This document shows positions 16,052 to 26,900 of a DNA stretch of 32,000 nt, piece after piece; position 1 is the first letter of the stretch; every line of letters starts with the position of its first letter. The stretch lies in contig LT962688.1 of the NCBI GenBank assembly GCA_900234795.1, forward strand, positions 3,540,001-3,572,000, read 5' to 3'. The translations under genes and the position numbers were made by a program. This stretch comes from Methylorubrum extorquens (lineage in GTDB: Bacteria; Pseudomonadota; Alphaproteobacteria; Rhizobiales; Beijerinckiaceae). The notes beneath the pieces were generated by a model. The model worked only from the letters and a program-made list of their open reading frames with translations, ran no database searches and was not told where the DNA came from.

Positions 16052-18667
16052 TCAGTAAGCCTGCGGTTCGGGCTCGACGAGGATCTCGCGTTTTCCGGCG
16101 TGGTTGGCCGGTCCGACGAGACCTTCGGTCTCCATCCGCTCCATCAGCGAGGCGGCACGGTTGTAGCCGATCTGCAGGCGGCGCTGGATGTAGGAGGTGG
16201 AGGCCTTTTTGTCCCGCAGCACCACGGCCACCGCCTGCTCGTAGAGGTCACCGCTCTCGCCGCCGCCGCCGAACTGGCCGGCATCGAAGACCGGACCGTC
16301 CTCGGACGCAGGCCCCCCGGCCGGAATCTCGCCCTCCTCCGCCGTGACGGCTTCGAGGTAGGACGGCCGGCCCTGACGCTTGAGGTGGGCGACCACGGTC
16401 TCGACTTCCGAGTCCGAGCAGAACGGCCCGTGCACGCGCGTCGTGCGCCCGCCGCCGGCCATGAACAGCATGTCGCCCTGGCCCAGCAACTGCTCGGCGC
16501 CCATCTCGCCCAGGATCGTGCGGCTGTCGATCTTGCTCGTCACCTGGAAGGAGATGCGGGTCGGGAAGTTCGCCTTGATCGTGCCGGTGATGACGTCGAC
16601 CGAGGGGCGCTGCGTCGCCATGATGAGGTGGATGCCCGCCGCACGCGCCATCTGCGCCAGCCGCTGGATCGCGCCCTCGATGTCCTTGCCCGCCACCATC
16701 ATCAGGTCGGCCATCTCGTCGACCACGATCACGATGTAGGGCAGCGGGTTGAGGTCCATGACCTCGTCCTCGTAGACCGCCTCGCCTGTGGAACGGTCGA
16801 ATCCGGTCTGCACGGTCCGGGTCAGGGTCTCGCCGCGGGCACGGGCCTCTTCGAGGCGCGCATTGAAGCCGTCGATGTTCCGGACACCAACCTTGGACAT
16901 CTTCTTGTAGCGCTCCTCCATCTCGCGCACGGCCCATTTGAGGGCGATGACCGCCTTCTTCGGGTCGGTGACGACGGGGGAGAGCAGGTGCGGGATGCCG
17001 TCATAGACCGACAGTTCCAGCATTTTCGGGTCGACCATGATCAGGCGGCACTCCTCCGGCTTCAGCCGGTAGAGCAGCGACAGGATCATGGTGTTGATGG
17101 CGACCGACTTGCCCGAACCCGTGGTGCCGGCGACGAGCAGGTGCGGCATGCGGGCAAGGTCGGCGATGATCGGCTCGCCGCCGATGTTCTTGCCGAGGCA
17201 CAGGGCGAGCTTCTGCTTGGTCTCGACGAAATCCTCGGAGGCGAGAAGTTCGCGCAAGAACACCGTCTCGCGCTTGGCGTTCGGCAGTTCGATGCCGATG
17301 GCGTTGCGGCCGGGGACGACGGCGACACGGGCGGAGACGGCGGACATGGAGCGGGCGATGTCGTCGGCGAGCGCGATCACGCGGCTCGACTTGGTGCCCG
17401 GCGCCGGCTCCAACTCGTAGAGGGTGACGACGGGGCCGGGGCGCACGGCGAGGATGTCGCCGCGCACGCCGAAATCCTGCAGCGTCGCCTCCAGCATGGT
17501 GGCGTTCTGCTCCAGCGCCTCTGCCGAGACCTCAGAGCCGGGCGCCGCCTCGCGGGGACGGGCGAGAAGCTCCAGGGCAGGCAGCCGGTACTCGCCGGCT
17601 TCCGGCCGAGGTTCGGCCGGGCGCGGACGCGCCGCCGGGGCCTGCGGCAGCGGGCGGGAGACGCGGGTGGGCAGCTCGTCGGCGGTCGTCTCCGCCCCGG
17701 CGGCACTCGGCGCGGGGCGCTGGGGGACGGCACGGGCGGGCGCTTCGTCCGAATCGTCCTCCTCCGAGTCGAATTGCGGCTCGCGGCGGCCCGAGACGTC
17801 GGCCCGCTCGCGGGCCTGCGGCGCCCAGGGTGCCTCGTCCGAGTCGGCGAAGGCGCGGCGCGCGGCGAGCGCGGGCGAGGCGCCGGCATAGGCGAGCCCC
17901 TCCGCCTCGTCGGCCGGGGCCTGCCAGGATTCGAGCCGGGTGCGCAGCGAGGCGCGGCCGCGCATGACGGCTTGTGCGAGTGCGCCGAGCGACAGGATGC
18001 CGAGGCTCGGCTCGTCGGCATCGTGGCGCTCCTCGTGGGTCGAGGCACGGCCGGAACGGGGCGCCGGGCGCGCGGCGCCGTAGGGCCCCTCCTCGTCCTC
18101 CTCGAAGTCCGGCTTGGTCACGCGGCAGGCGGCGGTGAGGCTGAGGATGGCGGAGGCCGCGAACAGGAAGCCGGCGAAATGCGCCAGCGGCCCGACCAGC
18201 ATCCGCGTGCCGGCAAGCAGTGCGTCGCCCGCGACGCCGCCCATGCCGGTGGGCAAGGGCCAGCGATCCGTCGGCGGCAGGGCACTCGCGACCGCACTCG
18301 CGCAGAGAACGCCGACGAACCACAGGACGATGCGCAAACCGCCATGCGGCAGGTCGCGCTCGCGCATCAACCGCACGCCCCACAGGGCGGGAGGCAGTGC
18401 GAGCGCGATCGAGCCGAGCCCGAGAAGCTGCATGGCGAGGTCCGCCACGACGGCTCCGGGACGACCGAGCACGTTGTGCGCCCGTTGGTCGGTGGCGTGG
18501 TTGAGGCTCGGGTCGTTGATCGACCACGTCGCCAGGGCGACGGTCAACGCGACCGCGCCGGTAAAGAGGATCAGGCCGCCGCACTCCGTCAGCCGCTTGG
18601 CCAGGAATGGCCTCAGGCTGTCGACGAAGGTGTCGTAGGGCGACGCGGAACGGCGAAGGGAACGCAT
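16052..18667 (-). CDS. ftsK: DNA translocase FtsK
   Basis: 871 aa with ATG at 18667. It has N-terminal TM helices and a Pro/Ala/Glu-rich linker. Motor domain motifs are Walker [11 protein letters not shown] and Walker [15 protein letters not shown]-terminal gamma winged helix [29 protein letters not shown]. Confidence 0.95.
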   Translation of the reverse strand: MRSLRRSASPYDTFVDSLRPFLAKRLTECGGLILFTGAVALTVALATWSINDPSLNHATDQRAHNVLGRPGAVVADLAMQLLGLGSIALALPPALWGVRLMRERDLPHGGLRIVLWFVGVLCASAVASALPPTDRWPLPTGMGGVAGDALLAGTRMLVGPLAHFAGFLFAASAILSLTAACRVTKPDFEEDEEGPYGAARPAPRSGRASTHEERHDADEPSLGILSLGALAQAVMRGRASLRTRLESWQAPADEAEGLAYAGASPALAARRAFADSDEAPWAPQARERADVSGRREPQFDSEEDDSDEAPARAVPQRPAPSAAGAETTADELPTRVSRPLPQAPAARPRPAEPRPEAGEYRLPALELLARPREAAPGSEVSAEALEQNATMLEATLQDFGVRGDILAVRPGPVVTLYELEPAPGTKSSRVIALADDIARSMSAVSARVAVVPGRNAIGIELPNAKRETVFLRELLASEDFVETKQKLALCLGKNIGGEPIIADLARMPHLLVAGTTGSGKSVAINTMILSLLYRLKPEECRLIMVDPKMLELSVYDGIPHLLSPVVTDPKKAVIALKWAVREMEERYKKMSKVGVRNIDGFNARLEEARARGETLTRTVQTGFDRSTGEAVYEDEVMDLNPLPYIVIVVDEMADLMMVAGKDIEGAIQRLAQMARAAGIHLIMATQRPSVDVITGTIKANFPTRISFQVTSKIDSRTILGEMGAEQLLGQGDMLFMAGGGRTTRVHGPFCSDSEVETVVAHLKRQGRPSYLEAVTAEEGEIPAGGPASEDGPVFDAGQFGGGGESGDLYEQAVAVVLRDKKASTSYIQRRLQIGYNRAASLMERMETEGLVGPANHAGKREILVEPEPQAY

Positions 18668-18843
18668 GCGCAGACCGGTCCGGTGTCAACGATCCGGTAA
18701 GGCTAATGCGGGGCGGTTAACGCGGGGCTAAGTCTGCGCCGCAAAGCGGTGGACCGTCGGCGGCCGGGGTCCGGGCCAGGGTGCCGCCCGAAATGCAGGA
18801 AGCCCCGGATTTCTCCGAGGCTTCCCAAAGCGAGGTGGTGTCC

Positions 18844-18859
18844 CGCCGGCGAACCGGCG
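18844..18859 (-). terminator. short GC hairpin abutting the porin stop codon (weak terminator candidate)
   Basis: CGCCGG-CGAA-CCGGCG is a perfect 6-bp stem. On the minus strand it follows TGAAAACCG and lacks a clean U-tract. Confidence 0.25.
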
Positions 18860-18865
18860 CGGTTT

Positions 18866-20128
18866 TCAGAAGGTGAAGCCGGTCTCCACGAGGTAGCGCT
18901 CCTGCGAGCGCTTGGTGCCGTCGCGGCCGAAGCCGAAGCCGGGGGTCACGTCGTAGGCCTGGACGGTCGCGAACTCGCCGCGGAGGAAGTAGCGATCCCA
19001 GGTGAAGGTCGGGGTGATCGTGAACGAGAAGGCCGAGCTGCCCGGACCGTAGAGGACGCTGGTGCCGCCGCGGCCGGTGACCACGCCCCGCGTGCCCGAC
19101 TGCTCGATGTATTCGAGGCGGCCGGCGAGCGCGAAGTTGTCGGTGAAGGTGTAGCCGGCCAGCAGCGTGCCGCCCCAGGTCTCCGCGCCCTCGATCGGGG
19201 AGAAGTACCCCTCCTTGCGCGCGACGTTTGTGTACTGGAAGTACGGCGAGATGATCCACGGCCCGTTGGCGTAGGTGTAGTTCACGCTGATGATGCTGCT
19301 GTTCTGCAGCGAGTTGATCGTCGCGAACTGGAAGCGCGGGCTGCGGGTCGAGGCGTCGAAATCGCTGAAATGCGTGCCGCCGTTGATGCCGATCGTGTTC
19401 GCGTCGTTGAGCTTGTAGGTGGCAAAGCCCGTCACCCAGTTCAGCTCACCCGAGTAGAAGCCGTCGGTCACCGCGAGCGCGGCCGCGAACGGGCCGTTGG
19501 CGTAGTTCACCTGGACGCCGTGGTTGATGAAGTTCTCCTGGTTGAACAGCAGACCGCGGGAGATGTTCAGGTTCTGGTAGGTGAACAGCAGCTCGGAGCC
19601 GATGTTGGTGAACATCCGACCGGCCTGGATCGACCACTCGTCGTTGATCTGCCACTTGCCGAAGGCCACCGGGATCGGCCCGAACAGCGATTCGGTCTGC
19701 TCGAACGCGGAGTAGAGCGGCAGGCCGAGCGCCGGGATCGAGTACAGGCCGGCATGGACGTAGAATTGCAGCGGGCCGTCGGCCTTCTGGATCCAGCCCT
19801 GGAGGTTCGAGAAGTCGACGCGGCCGAAGCGGTCCTGCTCAGCGCTGGGCGAGAGGATGCCGAAGGCGTTGGTCTGGGTGTAGGCGAAGCCGGTGACCGC
19901 GCCGCCGACATAGATGTCGCCCAGTCCCGTCACGATGCAGGCCGGGTTCGGGTTCGCCTTGATGAGACCGCCGAAGGTCGGGGTGGAGATCGCAGCCTTA
20001 CAATGCTCCTCGACGATGACGGGCGCCGACTTGGCGGCGGGCATATCTGCGGCGAGGACTGGCAACGCGTTGATGCTCAGGGTGGAAAGCACCGCGGTCG
20101 CGGCCAGAAGCTTTGTTTTGATTGTCAT
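18866..20128 (-). CDS. outer-membrane beta-barrel porin, uncharacterised family
   Basis: Track ORF 18866..20185 starts at a TTG. ATG 20128 gives MTIKTKLLAATAVLSTLSINALPVLA-AD, a clean signal peptide; 420 aa. Alternating beta-strand pattern rich in G/Y/F/N/T. C-terminal signature YLVETGFTF. Confidence 0.7.
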   Translation of the reverse strand: MTIKTKLLAATAVLSTLSINALPVLAADMPAAKSAPVIVEEHCKAAISTPTFGGLIKANPNPACIVTGLGDIYVGGAVTGFAYTQTNAFGILSPSAEQDRFGRVDFSNLQGWIQKADGPLQFYVHAGLYSIPALGLPLYSAFEQTESLFGPIPVAFGKWQINDEWSIQAGRMFTNIGSELLFTYQNLNISRGLLFNQENFINHGVQVNYANGPFAAALAVTDGFYSGELNWVTGFATYKLNDANTIGINGGTHFSDFDASTRSPRFQFATINSLQNSSIISVNYTYANGPWIISPYFQYTNVARKEGYFSPIEGAETWGGTLLAGYTFTDNFALAGRLEYIEQSGTRGVVTGRGGTSVLYGPGSSAFSFTITPTFTWDRYFLRGEFATVQAYDVTPGFGFGRDGTKRSQERYLVETGFTF

Positions 20129-20180
20129 TGTAGTCAGCCCCACATTCGATACGGCCAAGGTGCCGAACTCGCCGCCGCGC

Positions 20181-20199
20181 CGCAAAATGAAGTTTTGCG
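20181..20199. other. perfect inverted repeat in the porin leader/promoter region
   Basis: CGCAAAA-TGAAG-TTTTGCG (7-bp arms), 53-71 nt upstream of the porin ATG. Confidence 0.3.
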
Positions 20200-20223
20200 C
20201 AAGTGCCTATTTTTTGGGCGTTT

Positions 20224-20237
20224 TTGACCTATATCAA
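20224..20237. promoter_or_regulatory. FNR/FixK-type box candidate
   Basis: TTGAC-CTAT-ATCAA matches the Crp/Fnr-family consensus TTGAT-N4-ATCAA at 9 of 10 positions. It is centred ~102 nt upstream of the porin ATG. Confidence 0.35.
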
Positions 20238-20251
20238 CCTGAGGGCGGAGA

Positions 20252-20271
20252 ATGTTGCACGAAGGCAACAT
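20252..20271. other. perfect inverted repeat ATGTTGC-N6-GCAACAT
   Basis: ATGTTGC-ACGAAG-GCAACAT, followed on the plus strand by CTTTT. It directly abuts the next hairpin. Confidence 0.3.
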
Positions 20272-20272
20272 C

Positions 20273-20308
20273 TTTTGAGGCGCACAAAACTGCACAATCG
20301 CCTCAAAA
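20273..20308. other. perfect 10-bp-stem inverted repeat with a 16-nt loop
   Basis: TTTTGAGGCG-cacaaaactgcacaat-CGCCTCAAAA. Confidence 0.3.
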
Positions 20309-20400
20309 CCGGATGCAATCTTTACGTTTTGTTGACTAAGCCGGCCGCCAAGCCCCGGAGCAATAAGGTGGAAGACGGCCCGGCATCACCCACAGGGCAT

Positions 20401-20462
20401 AAAAAAGGCCCCGGCGAATCACCGCCGAGGCCCTGGTTCAGGATGCCTGCCGAGACGGCAGG
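20401..20462 (-). terminator. amtB terminator region: two hairpins, the second a canonical rho-independent terminator
   Basis: The minus strand first shows CCTGCCG-TCT-CGGCAGG (20446-20462). It then shows GGCCTCGGCG-GTGATT-CGCCGGGGCC followed by TTTTTT (20401-20432), 8-70 nt after the amtB stop. Confidence 0.75.
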
Positions 20463-20469
20463 CCCTCAC

Positions 20470-21966
20470 TCAGTAGTTGTAGGCGCGCTCGCCGTGGTCG
20501 GCGATGTCGAGGCCCTCGCGCTCTTCTTCCTGCGTCACGCGCAGGCCGATCGTCAGATCGACGAGCTTGTAGAGGATCGCCGAGCCGATGCCGGACCACA
20601 GGATGGTGAAGCCCACCGCCTTCGCCTGGATGATGACCTGGGCGGCCATGTCGTAGGCACCGACGGTCAGTTCACCGGGCTTGGTGGTGTAGTCGGGGAT
20701 GCCGGCGCCGCCGAGATCGGGCGAGACCAGGATACCCGTGGCGATGGCACCGAGGATGCCGCCGATGCAGTGCACGCCGAACACGTCGAGGGAGTCGTCG
20801 TAGCCCAGCGCGTTCTTCACGGTGGAGCACATCACGAAGCAGATCGCGCCCGCGGCGAGACCCAGAACGATCGAGCCCATCGGGCCGGCAAAGCCCGCGG
20901 CCGGGGTGACGGCGACGAGGCCGGCAATGGCGCCCGAGAGCATGCCGAGGAGCGACGGCTTACCCTTGGCGGCCCATTCCACGAACAGCCAGGAGACGGC
21001 AGCAGCGGCAGTGGCGACGAAGGTGTTGATCATCGCCAGACCCGCGGCGCCGTTGGCTTCGAGGTTCGAGCCGGCGTTGAAGCCGAACCAGCCGACCCAG
21101 AGCAGCGAGGCGCCGATCGTGGTCATGGTCAGCGAGTGCGGAGCCAGCAGGTCGCGGCCGTAGCCGATGCGCTTGCCGAGCATCAGGCAGCCGACGAGGC
21201 CGGCGATGCCTGCGTTGATGTGCACGACGGTGCCGCCGGCGAAGTCGAGGGCGCCCCACTTGAAGAGCATGCCGGCATCGCCCAGCACCGCGTCGTACTC
21301 GGCCTTGGCCGCGGCATTGGCCTCGCCACCGGCGGCGGCGAGCTTGCGGGCCGCGTCGGCGAAGACGTCCGGGCCGCCCCAGTACCAAACCATGTGGGCC
21401 ATCGGGAAGTAGATCAGCGTGACCCAGAGGATCGTGAACACGACCAGCGCCGAGAACTTCATCCGCTCGGCGAAGGCGCCGACGATGAGGCCGGGGGTGA
21501 TCATCGCGAACGTCATCTGGAAGCAGATGTAGACGTATTCGGGGATCACGACGCCGTTGGAGAAGGTGGCCGCCACCGAGTTGGCGTCGACGCCCTTGAG
21601 GAAGGCCTTCGAGAAGCCGCCGACGAAGTCGTTGAGGCCGCCGCCATTGGTGAAGGCGAGGCTGTAGCCGTAGGTGACCCACAGCAGGCAGACGATCGAG
21701 GCGATCGCGAAGATCTGGGTCAGCACCGAGAGCATGTTCTTGGTGCGCACGAGGCCGCCGTAGAACAGGGCGAGGCCGGGCACGGTCATCAGAAGGACGA
21801 GGATCGCCGAGAGCAGCATCCACGCCGTGTCGCCCTTGTTGGGCACCGGTGCAGCCGCGGTGACGGCGGGCTCGACCGCCGGCGCCTGCGCGAGCGACGG
21901 CTCGACGAAGAGGAGGCCAAGGGCGGCTCCTCCCAGTCCGAGCGCGAGAAGATTACGAAGTTTCAT
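20470..21966 (-). CDS. amtB: ammonium transporter AmtB (with cleavable signal peptide)
   Basis: The track ORF starts at TTG 21972; ATG 21966 (MKLRNLLALGLGGAALGLL...) is preferred; 498 aa. Motifs LALFYGGLVR, DFAGGTVVHINAGIAGLV and SLDVFGVHCIGGILGAI (twin-His pore). Confidence 0.95.
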   Translation of the reverse strand: MKLRNLLALGLGGAALGLLFVEPSLAQAPAVEPAVTAAAPVPNKGDTAWMLLSAILVLLMTVPGLALFYGGLVRTKNMLSVLTQIFAIASIVCLLWVTYGYSLAFTNGGGLNDFVGGFSKAFLKGVDANSVAATFSNGVVIPEYVYICFQMTFAMITPGLIVGAFAERMKFSALVVFTILWVTLIYFPMAHMVWYWGGPDVFADAARKLAAAGGEANAAAKAEYDAVLGDAGMLFKWGALDFAGGTVVHINAGIAGLVGCLMLGKRIGYGRDLLAPHSLTMTTIGASLLWVGWFGFNAGSNLEANGAAGLAMINTFVATAAAAVSWLFVEWAAKGKPSLLGMLSGAIAGLVAVTPAAGFAGPMGSIVLGLAAGAICFVMCSTVKNALGYDDSLDVFGVHCIGGILGAIATGILVSPDLGGAGIPDYTTKPGELTVGAYDMAAQVIIQAKAVGFTILWSGIGSAILYKLVDLTIGLRVTQEEEREGLDIADHGERAYNY

Positions 21967-22098
21967 GGACAAGAAGCTCCAGATCGCAGTGCGTCGAGCG
22001 CTGAGGAGAATGGGTGGGCGGCGCGGCCGGGCGCGTTCCGCCGGAACGGGTGAAGAGCTGTCAGGGCATCGAAGAGGAAAGCGATGCGGGACAGAGTG

Positions 22099-22635
<537 letters not shown>

Positions 22636-22639
22636 CTAA

Positions 22640-22656
22640 TGCACAAAATATCGGCA
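22640..22656. promoter_or_regulatory. possible NtrC-type upstream activator site
   Basis: TGCAC-AAAATAT-CGGCA has a perfect TGCAC left half and a 3/5 right half. It lies ~90 nt upstream of the sigma-54 candidate. The adjacent palindrome GTTGC-C-GCAAC is at 22626-22636. Confidence 0.2.
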
Positions 22657-22699
22657 TAAAGTACTTTTGGGCGGCAGAATGCGCGCGAACCGGCTCGCT

Positions 22700-23563
22700 T
22701 CAGCTGCGCCGGGAGCGGATCAGCCCTTCCTGTGCAACGGAGGCGACGAGCCGCCCTTCCTCGTCGTGGAACGTGCCGCGGGCGAAGCCCAGAGCGCCCG
22801 ACGCGCTCGGGCTATCCTGCGAATAGAGCAGCCAGGAATCGGCCCGGAACGGGCGGTGGAACCACAGAGCGTGGTCGAGACTCGCCGACTGGATCTCGGG
22901 GTCGAACACCGTGCGGCCGTGGGGGATCAGCGTGGAATCGAGCAGCGTCATGTCCGAGGCGTAGGCCAGCACCGCCCGGTGCACCGCCGGATCGTCCGGC
23001 AGAGGCTTCGTCGCGCGCATCCAGACATGGTAGCGCGCGGGCCTCGGGCTGCGGTCGCGATAGCGCTCGGTCTCGACCGGCCGCAGCTCGATCGGCCAAG
23101 CCTGGGTGAAGTAGGCGAGCATCGGCTCGGGTACGATGCTGCCGCCGTCCCGGACGAGGGTCCGTGCATCCGCCAGCTCACCCGGTCCCGGCACATCGGG
23201 AAGACCGGCGGCGTGATCGACGCCCTCCTCCGTGATGTGGAACGAGACCGACATGGCGAAGATCGCCCGGCCCTTCTGGATCGCCTTGACCCGGCGGGTG
23301 GTGAAGCTGCCGCCGTCGCGGATGCGCTCGACCTCGTAGACGATCGGTACCGCCGGATCGCCGCCGAGGAGGAAATAGGCGTGCAGGGAATGGGGCGGGC
23401 GGAGCGCCTCGACCGTGCGGGAGGCGGCCACCAGCGCCTGCGCCACGACCTGCCCCCCGAACACCCGCGGCCAGCCGATTCGCGGGCTGATCCCGCGGAA
23501 CAGATCGGTCTCCAGGCGCTCCAGATCGAGGATCGCGAGGAGCGCGTCGACGGGGTCGGGCAT
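22700..23563 (-). CDS. tesB: acyl-CoA thioesterase II
   Basis: ATG at 23563 (MPDPVDALLAILDLERLETDLFRG...FGGQVVAQALVAA...SLHAYFL..GD...PIVYEVERIRDGGSFTTRRV.AIQ.GR.IF); 287 aa. Double hot-dog TesB pattern. Confidence 0.9.
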   Translation of the reverse strand: MPDPVDALLAILDLERLETDLFRGISPRIGWPRVFGGQVVAQALVAASRTVEALRPPHSLHAYFLLGGDPAVPIVYEVERIRDGGSFTTRRVKAIQKGRAIFAMSVSFHITEEGVDHAAGLPDVPGPGELADARTLVRDGGSIVPEPMLAYFTQAWPIELRPVETERYRDRSPRPARYHVWMRATKPLPDDPAVHRAVLAYASDMTLLDSTLIPHGRTVFDPEIQSASLDHALWFHRPFRADSWLLYSQDSPSASGALGFARGTFHDEEGRLVASVAQEGLIRSRRS

Positions 23564-23687
23564 GGCGGCTTCGCTGCGGCTTTCGAACGAGGAGGGCGGA
23601 CGGCCTGACCCGCGCGGCGGCACCGCGGAGGCCCGAAGGCACCGTCCGCACGGGGTGGAGAGTGATGAGGCGGGCGGCGCGGGTTGT

Positions 23688-23721
23688 GAAGGCCTGTCCG
23701 GTGCGAAGGTCTGGCCGGTGC
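23688..23721. repeat. tandem imperfect 17-bp direct repeat in the divergent tesB / giant-gene intergenic region
   Basis: GAAGGCCTGTCCGGTGC (23688-23704) is immediately followed by GAAGGTCTGGCCGGTGC (23705-23721), 15 of 17 identical. Confidence 0.9.
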
Positions 23722-23958
23722 CTGCGTGCCGCGGAGCCGGCCCGAAGCCGCCGATTGTCCCGAAAGCTTCACAGGACTGTTGTGGAGCGGCGCTAGCGAG
23801 GGGCCGGGGTGGAAACGAGCCGAAACCGTGCCTCCGGACCGTGATCGTCCTTCGCGGGGCGGTCGGAATCGGCGTGCGGATTCGGCCCCGGGCGAACCCC
23901 TTCGCTTCGCAGGACGCGGCAGCCGCGACAGGACTGCTCTGCCGCCTGGAGACGTACC

Positions 23959-26900
23959 ATGGCCACGAGCCTTGCCGCCGGTGACATCGCCATCGTCGGG
24001 TACGATGCGGACAACCCCGACGATTTCGCTTTCGTCGTCCTGCGGGACATTGAGGCCGGCACAGCCATCAGCTTCACAGATAACGGCTGGAGTTCGAGCG
24101 GCAACGCGCTTCGCACCAGCGAGGGCACCTACACCTACACCTACACGGCGCCGAAGGCCGTTGCGGCCGGCACCGTCATCCAGCCGACATCCGACGGCAG
24201 CGCGGGCGGCCCCGACAGCTCCGTCTACACGTCGGCCCTCGCCCCGAGCTTCTCGTTCAGCACCGACGGCGACCAGATCCTGGCCTATCAGGGCACCGCC
24301 GCGAACCCGACCTTCCTGTACGCGATCAACTTCGCCGACGGAGCAACCGGCTTCGCGGCCAACGGCACGAACGCCAACACCTCGGCCCTGCCGCCCGGCC
24401 TCGTCCTCGGGCAGACCGCCGTCGCGCTGGGCGCCGACAATGGCCGCTACGCCGGCACCCTCTCGGGCACCCGCGACGAGCTCCTGACCGCGATCGGCGC
24501 CGCCGGATCCTGGTCCCAGAGCGACACGGTCCGCATCGGCGCCCCCGGCTACAGCGCCTTCACGGTCACCACCGCGCCGACCATCCCGGCCCTGTCGATC
24601 GACGACGTGCAGGTGGCCGAGGGCGATACCGGCACCCGGCAGCTGACCTTCACGGTCTCCCTGACGGCGGCGGCCCCGTCGGGCGGCGTCAGCTTCGACA
24701 TCGCGACCGCCGACGGCACCGCCACCGCCGGCAGCGACTACGTCGCCCGGACCCTCACCGGCCAGTCCATCGCGGCCGGCCAGACCGCCACGACCTTCAC
24801 GGTGGACATCCCCGGCGACACGGTGATCGAGCCGACCGAGACCTTCACGGTCACGGTCTCGAACGTCCGGGGCGCCACGCTGGTCGACGGCCAGGGCACC
24901 GGCACCCTCATCAACGACGATACCGGCCCGCGCATCGGCGGCACCGCGATCTTCGAGGCGGCCCCCTCGCTCCAGGGCGTCTCCGGCGCCACGGCCACGG
25001 CGCCCCCGGTGCCGACGAACGCGCTTCAACTGGTGCGTCTCGGCGCCTACGCCGCGACCAACGATCCGGCGACGTCGGCCGCCCCCAACGCGGAGGTGGT
25101 GGCCTACGATTCCAGCACCGGCCGCCTCTACATTCAGAATACTGCCGAGAACCGCATCGAGATCGCCTCGCTCGACGCCACCGGCGCCCTGAGCAAGGCC
25201 GGCGAGATCCTGCTGTCCGGTCTCGAGCAATACGGTGCGGTGAACTCGGTCGCGGTCTTCAACGGCCTCGTGGCGGTCGCCTACGCCAACGCGGCCGGCG
25301 ATGCGCCGGGCCGGGTCGCCCTGTTCGATGCCAGCGGGACGCTGCTGCGCTCGCTGACCGTCGGCGTCGGCCCGGACCAGATCGTGTTCACGCGCGACGG
25401 CAGCCGGATCCTCGTCGCCAACGAGGGCGAGCAGGCGAGCGCGACCAGCAACCCGGTCGGCGGCGTCTCGATCATCGACGTCTCGGGCGGTGCGGCCAAC
25501 GCCGCCGTCACGGCGACGGTCGGCTTCGAAGGGCTCGACGGCAGCGAGGCCACCCTTCGCGCCCGCGGCCTTGCCATCAAGTCGGGCAACGGCGCGGCGG
25601 CCGACATCGAGCCCGAATACATCGCGATCTCGCCCGACGACCGCTTCGCCTACGTCACTCTGCAGGAGGTGAACGCCGTCGCGATCATCGATCTGACCAA
25701 TCCCGGCACGGCTCCCATCGCGATCCAACCGCTCGGGTCGGTGAACCATTTGCTGGCCGGAAACGAGTTCGACGCCTCCGACCGCGACGGGCCCGCCAAC
25801 CCGCAAGGCGTCGGCACGCCCTCGATCCGCATCGCGGCGACGCCCGCCAACGCCCCGATCTACGGCCTGCTTCAGCCGGACGCGGTGGCGAGCTTCTCGA
25901 CGGGCGGCGCGACCTACTTCGTCACGGCCAACGAGGGCGACCAGCGCGTCATCGGCGGCGGCGATGACACGGGCGATGTCGCCCGGCTCAGCAGCATCGC
26001 CAACAGCCGCCTGACCCCGGAGCTTCAGGCGCTGAAGGCCGACCCGGCCTATGCCCGCCTCAACGTCCTGCTGCGCACGGGCGACACCGACGGCGACGGC
26101 GTGATCGACCAGCTCCACACGCTGGGCGGGCGCGGCATCTCGATCTTCCGCCAGAACCTCGACGGCACGATCACCAAGGTGCGCGAGACCGGCGGCGAAT
26201 TCGAGAAGATCTTCGCGCAGATCGCGCCGGAACGGTTCAACAACGATCAGGTCACCGGCAACACGCCGGACGACCGTTCGGACAACAAGGGCCCCGAGCC
26301 CGAAGGCATCACGATCGGGACGGTCAACGGGCGGATCTACGCCTTCGTCGGCCTGGAGCGGCAGAGCGGCGTCATCGTCTACGACGTGACCGACCCGGCC
26401 AACGCGGCCTACGTCTCCTACGTCCCGCCCCAGCCCGGCGCGACCACCGATCTCGGCCCGGAGGTGCTGACCTTCATCGCCGCCGACCGCAACCCGACGG
26501 GCACGCCCCTTCTCGTCAGCGCCAACGAGGTCGCCAACGGTGGCGCGGTCGTCTACGCGGCCCTGCCCCAGGGCTTCACCCAGGAGGTCGCTTTTTCCGC
26601 GAACTCGCTCGCCGTGAGGCGGGCGGAGGGCGATACGGGTGAGACCGTGCTCACCTTCACGGTCGAGCGCAGCAACGGCACGCTGGGCGCCGTCACCTTC
26701 ACCGCCGAGATCACCGGCAGCGGTGCGAACGCGGCCGACGGAAGCGACTTCGCCGGTGCCCCGGCCCTGCCGCTGACGGTGACGGGCACGATCGCCGCCG
26801 GCGCCGCCTCCGCGCAGGTCAGCGTCCGCGTCCAGGCGGATGCCGTGCCGGAGGCGGACGAGACCTTCGCCCTGACCCTGCGCAGCGCCAGTTCGAACCA

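Noticed and set aside
23754-23782. Pho-box-like triplet ATTGTCC-N4-AGCTTCA-N4-ACTGTTG at 11-bp phasing upstream of the giant hydrolase gene
   Set aside because: It is attractive given the predicted phosphate-scavenging role. However, each half-site matches CTGTCA at only 3-4 of 6 positions, which is too degenerate to call without comparative or experimental support.
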